DNA from: Lingula anatina
Taxonomy: Eukaryota; Animalia; Brachiopoda
Reading direction: 5' to 3'
NCBI GenBank assembly: GCA_051362555.1
Contig: CM120644.1
Span: forward strand, 7,076,954-7,140,953
Length of the DNA stretch: 64,000 bases
Each line of letters opens with the position of its first letter. Position 1 is the stretch's first letter. Below, in pieces: positions 55,099 to 64,000 of this stretch. The notes under the pieces were generated by a model. The model saw only the letters and a program-made list of their open reading frames with translations. It was not told where the DNA came from and did no database searches. The translations under genes and the position numbers were made by a program.

Positions 55099-55280
55099 TC
55101 TTCACTTGGAACATATACAAGTAGATGACTATATGTCTTCACTTGGAACATATACACGTACAAGTAGATGACTATATGTCTTCACTTGGAACATATACAC
55201 GTACAAGTAGAAAGCTATAAGTCTTCACTTGGAACATATGCACGTACATGTAGAAGGCTATATGTCTTCACTTGGTACAT
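55099..55280. repeat. ~38-43 bp minisatellite (TCTTCACTTGGAACATAT...)
   Basis: Five units here versus three in the duplicate at ~48634-48730. Confidence 0.8.
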
Positions 55281-55689
55281 AGATGAAAATTCTTTGGGCA
55301 AACTCCTCCCACTATAGTACCAACTATGACGAACGAGTCTATATTGAGTCAAAGACTGTGGCGCCTGCAGCTTTTTAGAAAATTTATACACAGTTCTTAG
55401 CCAAAGATACACGTTAAACCTGAGTATTACGCAATTTTCATTTATCTCCGTCTTCATCTTAGTCCGGAGGTGGTTTATGGAACACTCATAATGAATAGGA
55501 GGAGATAAATAATTTCAGATTGGACGTTCTACAATCAAAAAGGTTACTAAAAGGACAAGGAAGGGATTAGTATTTCCAGGTGCTAATGCAAAAGTGGAGC
55601 TCGACATAGTAAAAAGTACAGTGAATTCTGATGACAAAGAGATATATGTACGTACGTATAACCCCGTATTGATAATGTTCAAGATATGA

Positions 55690-55980
55690 TATATGGCTGC
55701 CTTAACTCCGTGTTTGGACAGATAGGGTAGAAATAAGAAAGTACTGCTTGGGATGAACGAAAGGAAATCTTTGATAGAGATTATCTATAATCGGCAGAAG
55801 AAATAGATTGGTCACGTTATGAAACCTCATGAACTGTTGGGGGGGGGGGGGGGTCTTTGAAGGCAGGTTTAATAGGAAAAGACGCTGTGGAAGAAAGAGA
55901 ATGACAATGCTCGACCACTGGCATAAGAATTAAGAAAGAAAGTTGTTGTGAGATCAAACGAAGGGCTGACGATCGAGAGG
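55690..55980 (+). mobile_element. RTE LINE 3' fragment (duplicate of 49140-49440)
   Basis: Same degenerate RTE C-terminal translation. Confidence 0.65.
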
Positions 55981-56339
55981 GACGCTGACAACAACAACAA
56001 CAAAAAGAAGGTGGCAATGCACGTGTGGGTCTACATGTTGAATTCTCGGTCGATACTGTTTTTATCTGTAAATTAATGCTGTCAACCCAGGGTTACATGT
56101 CAACCAGAAAAGCTTCACCGATGTTTTCATTTAAGATGCACAACGTTAACATCAGTGGGCATACAGCTATAGCTAGCCGCCAGCTACAGTACATATGTCA
56201 GTTGGCCAGACGGAAATTGTCCCCGGGGGCCCACTTCATTTGCCCAGCTGACAAATGTTGGCAAGCCGGCGATGAATGACCCCGCGGCTATAATTCTATG
56301 CTATGAACTGTCTCTTTGGCGATAATTCATTTGACTAAT

Positions 56340-56795
56340 AAAAGCACCTAGTGCGCAAACAGCCGCGAAAGCAACTCGGTTCTCGTCGTTATTTTTAAAG
56401 CATTAGTTAGTTAGTAAATTTATTGATTTAACGAATACCATCAAAATCTAGCCCATTCCTAACCTATCTTGGAAATTCCACATTTTCATAACATTTTGCA
56501 TTATATTGTAAACAGACGGACAAATAATCAAATTTAATTAACCATCATTTAAACGTCAGATATCCACCAAAATCTCATCACTTTTGAGTTTATTCCAGAT
56601 CTATTGTATAACTTTCAACAAAATCCAGTCCTTAATATTTGAGTTACGCTTATGACAAACAGAAAAACAATATATTAATGGCTTTTATTGACACAATTAT
56701 ACAATCATTAAATTACGTTGCAAGATCATCACTGTATACATAGATCAACAACCAGTTGAAGAAAACATTATAACATGCCTCGGATTTGAAGAAAT
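56340..56795 (-). mobile_element. HINE/Helentron-like repeat
   Basis: AAAAGCAC..GCGCAAAC end; ~220 bp similar to 62268-62500; related to 59980-60215. Confidence 0.5.
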
Positions 56796-57151
56796 TAAAA
56801 AAAGCAGGAACTTTAAGAAATACGTCGATCATGAGAATGCAAAATATCCAACAAAGTAGCAGGTGTTAAGCGTGAAACACTGTAGAAAGTCACTGAAATA
56901 TGAAACTGTGCGCAGGCACTGTACTGACACCTATAATGCGCATAACGCGAGAGATGCTAACCATGTTAAAACGTCAAAGTGGAGGCAATATAATTCACTG
57001 GTATATCAAAATCACAGTAAATCTATTTAGAGGTATTCCTTAACAACTTTGATAAAGTATGGTAAAAGATGATAAGGTTGACTCAAGTTGTAATTTAAGT
57101 AATATAGTAAATAGCTATGGAGCAATAAATGGATTATTAGAATGCAAACAA

Positions 57152-60100
57152 TTACACTGGCATTGCTCCAGCTAATGCTACCGCAAAGATGCTTTCAAAC
57201 TTTGGTATTACTAACTCCCTTCTAGAATTCATTAACCGGATGGGTTCTTCGTGCATTTTGGCAAAGGTCCGTTTGTTCTTCTCGAGAAGCAGTTTAAAAG
57301 TTGGGTTTTCCACACGTGCGTACATGTCAACCTCGGAACCCTCTGGGATGTAGGTGAGGAGAGATCTCAGAAGAAGAATCATGGCGTCATTTGTGTCTGC
57401 ATATAATGGTGAAATGAAAAACGTTTCTGGCGCTGAGCGAGCGACGCCATACCCAATTACTTCATCGTTGTCTCCAAGAGCCGCCAGTGCGATGGCGGTA
57501 GGTTTTGCCAACCAAAACTGGATGGTTCGGGGTCTTGAAAATGTACAGACGGATTTATCGTATCTTCCCAAGGCTTCAGCATTGACGTCACTGGCTGGAA
57601 CGATTCGGATTGGTTTTGTGCCTGTAAATAGAGGAAAATTGGATCTGGTTTCGGATTACCGTTACTGGACGAAACGTATTTTTGGTGTCACTGCTGAATA
57701 AGATCACCTGCGTGTAATCTGTCCTATGACAAAAACAGTCTTTATAATATGTACGGTCTTTTAATAGACTAAGACATGAACAATCAAGAAAGTTATTTGC
57801 AAAAACGTACATAACATACCCACCGAATATATATTTAAAATTACTCCGACCAATTTAATTCTTTTAAACTAGATACTTTTTAAAATGCACATCTGATTAC
57901 ATCTGCATTTAAATATCAGTCCTCCCCCCCCCCCCCCCCCCCCAACAATGCTTCTGGAACTAAAACAGTTTTTTTTAATCAATGCAACAATAAAAATCAT
58001 GAAACCCCAGGACTTCATTTTATATTGTCATCCCCCAAGGGTCAACAGAGAATCATTATACACTCTTGCCCAAAATGGTTGGTACACAGAAATTTTGGGA
58101 TGTATATCGCCCTGTTTCTTTCATTATTATTAATATTACCAAATTAATACTGTTTATATTGTTAAATCTGTGAAGCTGGAGGATTGGTAAAGTCAAGGAG
58201 AAACAACCAATGCAAATGTGAAAAAAAGCGTTAATTTATTTAGGTTTTTTTTCTCATGCCCCCCACTAGAGTACTTTTTTACATAACAGTACTAAGTGAA
58301 AAATTAAACATAAATTTATACTGTGATTGACAATTAATATGAAATTAGGGGACATTGTCAAGAAACATCTTCAGAGTGTACTATTAATCTAAATAGCGGG
58401 TATGCCCACCCCGAGCTTGGATAATGGCCGCCAGACGGCGTGGCATATTGTGAACTAGAGTTACAGCTCTTTGGAGAGGAATTCTTGTCCATTCATCTTG
58501 AAGGGCATCTCGCAGTTCATCTAGATTTGCAGGGGGAGGGTTTCTCCTCTAAATAGCACGACCAAGTTCGTCCCACATGTGCTCAATTGGGTTTGCATCT
58601 GGGCTTCTTGCTGGCTGTGGCATCAGCTGAATGTTGTTTTGACGGATATAGTCTGCAATTAAGCAGGCTGTGTGGGGAGTTGCACTGTCATGTTGCAATC
58701 TAAAATTGTCTCTGTATATCCCTCTTGCGAACGGCTTCAGGTTCTGCTGGAGAATGTCTGTGTATCTGGCAGCGTTAAGGTTTTCATCCAGACGAAGCAA
58801 TGGGCAAATACCGTTGCTGCAAATAGCACCCCAAACAGGTACAGAACCACCTCCTCCAGCTATTGTTTCCTGGATATTTTCAGTTAACAGCCTCTCCCCA
58901 GGGAGCCTACGCACTCTCATAGCTGGAGGAGGTGGTTCTGTACATGGTTCTGAAAATATCCAGGAAACAATAGCTTATCCGACAAAACAACATTCAGCTG
59001 ATGCCACAGCCAGCAAGAAGCCCAGATGCAAACCCAATTGAGCACATGTGGGACGAACTTGGTCGTGCTATTCAGAGGAGAAACCCTCCCCCTGCAAATC
59101 TAGATGAACTGCGAGATGCCCTTCAAGATGAATGGACCAGAATTCCTCTCCAAAGAGCTGTAACTCTAGTTCACAATATGCCACGCCGTCTGGCGGCCAT
59201 TATCCAAGCTCGGGGTGGGCATACCCGCTACTTAGATTAACAGTAAACTCTGAAGATGTTTCTTCACAATGTCCCCTAATTTCATATTAATTGTCAATCA
59301 CAGTATAAATTTATGTTTAATTTTTCACTTAGTACTGTTATGTAAAAAAGTACTCTAGTGGGGGGCATGAGAAAAAAAAACCTAAATAAATTAACACTTT
59401 TTTCACATTTGCATTGGTTGTTTCTCCTTGACTTTACCAATCCTCCAGCTTCACATATTTAACAATATAAACAGTATTAATTTGATGATATCAATAATAA
59501 TGAAAGAAACAGGGTGATATGTATCCCAAAATGTGCGTGTACCAACCATTTTGGGCAAGAGTGTATATTAAATACACCTACAAGCACCCGCTGGACATTC
59601 TGGGGACAGTGTTGTAAGGTCCAGTTTTCCTCGGCAGTAGTATAAACGACAATAATTTCCAGTGCTCAACTGCATCCCAACTTTAATATTTACGGCTATC
59701 CTAGGTACCAAGGACCACAGTATAAGGTTCCGCTCCCCTATAATACTCTGGACACGGGCTGCTATTTGCTTGGCTGGAACCAATCAGAATCCATGCATAC
59801 ATATAGTACTATACATTTACACACATATATATATATACATAAACAGACGTAAGAAGATTACCAGCTTAAATAAGCAGGTATAAAAATACCACACGTTTGC
59901 CGCTGACCCATTTAGATATGTGTGCATAATCCTTGCTTAATACAGATAGATAACCGCACACTGCATATTTCAATGTAAATTACCTCCGCCAAGGAGGTGA
60001 CACGTTTGCATTTGGTTCAGTTTGTCTCTCTGTTAGCAACATTATGCAAATAGCTCTGGACGGATTTTGATGAAATTTTCAGGACAGCTAGGTCATAAAT

Positions 60101-61033
60101 GGGCTGAATTAAATGTAATTTGGTTTTAGTGATGGTCCATTGATTAATAAATAGTTGATTATTAATAAATTATTTGTCTTGGCGGAAGCCTGTGCTCCCT
60201 AAGTGCTTTTCGAGCTTGATTATATTTTTTAAAAGAAAAAGTTTTAAAAACAACCTACTCTATGCAGGCTACCCACCAACAGTCTTTCCTCGATATTCAG
60301 ATTTTACAACGAAAAACCCAACGGACGCAGTCTCGTGGTCTAGTATGAAGACGACACGAGCACCTGGATAATGCAAATGATAAGTTATTCGTCTGTTTTC
60401 AACGGAAATTGTGTTCTAGTACTCAAAGACCCGAAGTGCTATATACTTAGATATAGAATGCTTAAATAAGATATACTTCTTATACTAAATTTAAAGTGGT
60501 CATTTGTTTTAGTAAATTTTCTCTGGAATCAAGATTTTTAAGAACTTTGTTGAAATTATTAATGCTATTGTGAAAGTCTTCATGTAAATTTTTGACTTTG
60601 AAAAAAATATAAATAATAACAATAATGCTTTTATCGGCATTAAGTAGTAGTAGTAGTAGTGGTAGTAGCAGTAGTAATGTTACTTTCTTATCATTTTTAA
60701 GTAGAATACCCGATAAATTTAGCTACCTCTTTTGAAGGCGTTCACAGAACATCGGACTTCAAGACAGTTTTCATGGCTCCTGAACGAAACCTGACACAGA
60801 GAGACAGAAAGAGAGAGAGTGCCCTTACCAATAACCCTTCCTTTCAGGTCTGCAACTAGGAACTGTCCGCCTTCTTCAACGATTTTCAACAAAGTGGCGA
60901 TAGTGTCTTGACTTATATTCCATTGCACTTCCTTCGTGAGGTTGAAGATCCCAGTTACATCGTTCATTTGAGCTTGTCTTATGACAACTTCAGACGTCCA
61001 GTCGTGCTCCAATTTTGGGGTTTCGTCAGCCAT
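57152..61033 (-). CDS. Tandem-GNAT acetyltransferase (YitH/HolE, Acetyltransf_18-like), ~315 aa
   Basis: Exons 61033-60829, 60363-60277, 59773-59588, 57621-57152 give 948 nt in frame. VGFFVVKSEYRGKTVA (GNAT motif A), YDKSV..R, GYGVAR..ISPLYAD. The exon 3 donor (GTGCTT) is weak. Confidence 0.8.
58061..59563. mobile_element. Palindromic (foldback) Tc1/DD34E derivative, 1503 bp, TA TSD
   Basis: TA|CACTCTTGCCCAAAATGGTTGGTACAC ... GTGTACCAACCATTTTGGGCAAGAGTG|TA. The ~585-bp inverted arms each contain the transposase C-terminus. QHD-x34-E spacing in QHDSATPH...NPIEHMW. Confidence 0.9.
59980..60215 (+). mobile_element. Short HINE/Helentron-like element
   Basis: TACCTCCGCCAAGGAGGT 5' hairpin/subTIR, CTTGGCGGAAG 3' subTIR, and GTGCTCCCTAAGTGCTTTTC end. 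Confidence 0.6.
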
Positions 61034-61516
61034 TCTGTAATCTGTATATTATAAAACTTCAAATCAAAGGACGGCGATGACCCAGATCTGTACACCGTAA
61101 CCTTACACTGCTATGGCGCAACTATCTGTCGCTATTTTATTTATGCAGGAATTTTTAAGATAACTTACACAGCCGCAAAACTAATAAACACGTGTTATAA
61201 TGCACGTACATTTTACAGCCTCAGTGTTGATTTAAATAAGATCGTGAACTAGAGCTATTTATGTCTCCTCCATCCCAGTGTAACACAAATTTTCATTATC
61301 CCATTCACAACAAGAAAGAAGGCAATATCGATTGTTCGAGATTTGGCCCAAAAAGGACACTTTTATTGTATAACGCCACTATCCTTATCATTTTAACAAG
61401 GTAACAAATTGTTGCCTGTATTAAATGTTATGGCCTTAGGGATGAAAAATATATATCAAATAACCAATAAGACTCAGCATCTTTAAAATGTTTATGTCAG
61501 CAAAAGTTATTACCCC

Positions 61517-61729
61517 ATTTCAATAGATTTTAGATCGGTCTATCCTTGTGGGGAGTCTAACTAGATTACTGTCAGCTTAGCCGGCTTAAGCGTCTGTCCC
61601 GCCTACTGAAAGCTGTAAGGGGGTAATTAACTATGGTGCCCGCTCGGCTGACTGCAATTTAGCGTGAACCCTCAGGGAGTTAGGTCGATCTAAATCTTAA
61701 TCTCTGGGTCGATCTAAATCTCTGGGAAT
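61517..61729. mobile_element. ~200-bp MITE, copy 2 (inverted relative to 13433-13632)
   Basis: Reverse-complement match including GGGGAGTC..AGATTACTGTCAGCTTA..GCGTCTGTCCCGCCTACT. Confidence 0.75.
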
Positions 61730-62267
61730 ACATCCTTAGAGACAATATTTCGCTTGTTTCGTATGGAGTTGACGCTTGCACTCAGCTGTCCTCTGGTTCA
61801 CAGTTACAGACTGGACCATGTTGCTGAAAGGTTTATTATTCTAACTATTGCTACAGTTGAGATGAAGACAGCAATTGCTACAGTCGAGTGTAAAGACAGT
61901 TGAGATGGAGAAGAGGACTACAACATCTTTATTATCAAGACTAAGCCTTGTTTATACCCTGCATTGTCGTATAGATTTTTCTCTTGGCATATTGGTCTGC
62001 CCCCTCAAATAATTAAAACAGAAGGCGGTTATTATTTAAACACAGAACAATATTTATTGGGAAGAAATATCAGTATTAATGCATAAATGAAAAGTAAAAG
62101 ACATTATTGCTACAAAAAGTTCGCGCACTGAACGTACTAAGACGTGCTCAGAGCTATTTTTACAATTGCATGCGCACACATCTTGTTTGTACGATAATAA
62201 TGCACATAAGAACCATTGCGTGACAAAACAAAAACCCACAAAGCAATTCTCGCTTTGGAACTATTTA

Positions 62268-62500
62268 AAAGCAGTGAGAGCGCAAACCTCCGCTAAGGCA
62301 GCTCAAATCTCTTCTTTATTTTTAAAGCATTTATTAATTAGTTAGTTAATTACTTAATTTAATAAATACCACCAAAATCTTGCCCATTCCTGGCCTATCT
62401 TGGAAATTCCACCTCTTCATAACATTTTGGATAATGTTGTAAACAGACGGACAAATCATTAAATTATAATTAACCATTATTTAAACATCAGATAACCACC
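62268..62500 (-). mobile_element. HINE/Helentron-like fragment abutting the LINE
   Basis: AAAAGCAGTGAGAGCGCAAACCTCCGCTAAGG end; similar to 56340-56560. Confidence 0.55.
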
Positions 62501-62504
62501 TAAC

Positions 62505-63358
62505 GTGGTTGTTAAAAAGTTTGTATGACAATGCCAAAGAAGTGATAAGGGTAAACAACCAGCACACAAAAGAGTTTCCATTTGAAGAGAAGTCTTGGAA
62601 AGGCTCGATGAAAGACCGGGCAAAGTCCTTGTGTGGAGAACTGTATGGAACAATGGATATGCAGACTATACAACAATGGTGGCCAATTCCAGAGAAGAAT
62701 GCAATGAGATGGAAGATACTTTGAATGTTTGCAGAGCAGTGGGCCTCGACATCCATAGAGCCAAACTATCTGCAATGACACTGCATGGGGGAGGGACATG
62801 TGGAGATGGGGGGGGGGGGAGGATTGAGAAAGTGAAAAAGGTGAAGTTCCTGGGCTCATGTGTCACCCAAGACGGGGATAGCATTGTAGACATCAAGAGC
62901 AGAATTTCGCAACCAAGATCTACCACCAACAAAATGGAAGAATTATGGAAGGCGAGAGAATTGTGTACATATCTGAAAGTAAGGTTAGCCAAGGCTGTGG
63001 TATGGAGTGCACTTCTGTACGGATGTGAAACATGGACCCTCGGGAGAAAATGAGAGGAGAAAATGATCCACACCTTTGAGATGTGGTTGTGGAGAAGAGT
63101 GTTGAGAGTGAAATGAACAAATGAGAGGGGTAAGAGAACAAGTAGGAATAACTGAAGACCATAGTATGCTGAAGGAAGTCCAAATGCGAAAGATCAGAAA
63201 GTAAAGGCATCGGAAGAGGAGACGTGGGAGCATGATCCTAGCATCTTTCGAAGGAGAAACGCATGGCAGGATGGAGTGGAGCAAGATCATAGACATGCTT
63301 GTGAAAGGAGACCAACGGCTCATTAATGGACTATGGCCAAATTCATTCATTCATTCAT
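62505..63358 (+). mobile_element. 5'-truncated, decayed RTE-clade LINE
   Basis: RT/C-terminal remnants YADYT, KFLGS..DG, LLYGCETWTL, FEMWLWRRVLRV with stops; ends in an (ATTC)n tail. Confidence 0.85.
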
Positions 63359-63899
63359 AAGCGCTATTAGGGATACCAGTAGTGACAAAATAATTATAAT
63401 TGATAAATAATAATAATAATGAAAAAATTATAATGATGAAAATAGTACAAAGTATACATAGATGACACATACATGTAGCTAACTAATACATAACTTAACG
63501 ACTAATGTGAATAAAGTGAGAAAGAAATAATCAAAAAGATAGAAAGACAAAATATTGATGCATACGTTAAGGATGAGGACACACAATTCCTTTTATTATA
63601 CAGGATACTATGCTAAGAATAACAGAAATGTTAATAAGTGATACAGAGACATCAACAGAAAACCGACGCTTTCCCTATTTCTACTTTATCATATGTGTAA
63701 CCCATGTCAATATATGTATATAGTACAAATACATACATGTATACCCACATAATTTCTTTACTTTGAAAACTTTGAAAAGTCATGTTAAAATATGAAATTG
63801 TTGATTCAAGTTGTAATTTTTTCAGGCTCTATATAAACATTTGAGACTATGGTAAAATGTAAATATGGAGCAATAAGTGCATTATTGGGATGCAAACAA

Positions 63900-64000
63900 T
63901 TACACTGGCATTGCTCCAGCTAATGCTACCGCAAAGATGCTTTCAAACTTTGGTATTATTAACTCCCTTTTAGAATACATAAACCGGACGGGTTCTTCGT
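63900..64000 (-). CDS. 3' end of a second tandem-GNAT paralog (partial)
   Basis: EEPVRFMYSKRELIIPKFESIFAVALAGAMPV* is nearly identical to the end of 57152-61033; the 3' flank is also similar. Confidence 0.8.
   Translation of the reverse strand, partial: EEPVRFMYSKRELIIPKFESIFAVALAGAMPV

Noticed and set aside
55099-55280. CRISPR-like spaced repeats
   Set aside because: The units are contiguous with non-unique spacers, the context is eukaryotic and there are no cas genes; this is a minisatellite.
57152-61033. Bacterial contamination or recent HGT of the GNAT gene
   Set aside because: It has spliceosomal introns, host transposon insertions and a tandem paralog.

Overview
AT-rich, intron-containing animal genomic DNA, probably from an invertebrate and lophotrochozoan-like (inference). 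I rebuilt spliced gene models by hand from GT-AG sites and reading-frame phase. In order: (1) a 5'-partial PDIK1L/STK35-like kinase fused to three Mind-bomb REP repeats; (2) a two-Ig type I receptor with an ITIM; (3-4) two tandem secreted Cys-rich proteins with variant chitin-binding domains, an unassigned 6-Cys module and, in one, a TIL inhibitor domain; (5) METTL5, head-to-head with (6-7) a compound C1GALT1 (T-synthase) locus; (8) a birth-and-death array of five NXPE/PC-esterase-like SGNH genes (2 intact, 3 pseudogenes); (9) tandem double-GNAT (YitH/HolE-like) acetyltransferases. Mobile DNA includes a decayed Kolobok, palindromic Tc1 derivatives, RTE LINE fragments, Helentron/HINE-like elements and MITEs. 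The most striking observation is at the C1GALT1 locus. It has two complete N-terminal cassettes, one catalytically intact (DDD) and one degenerate (EED), but only one terminal CCS/SFHY exon, and both cassettes splice into it in phase. This suggests a single locus that encodes both T-synthase and a Cosmc-like pseudo-enzyme partner. All family assignments come from motif recognition, not database searches.
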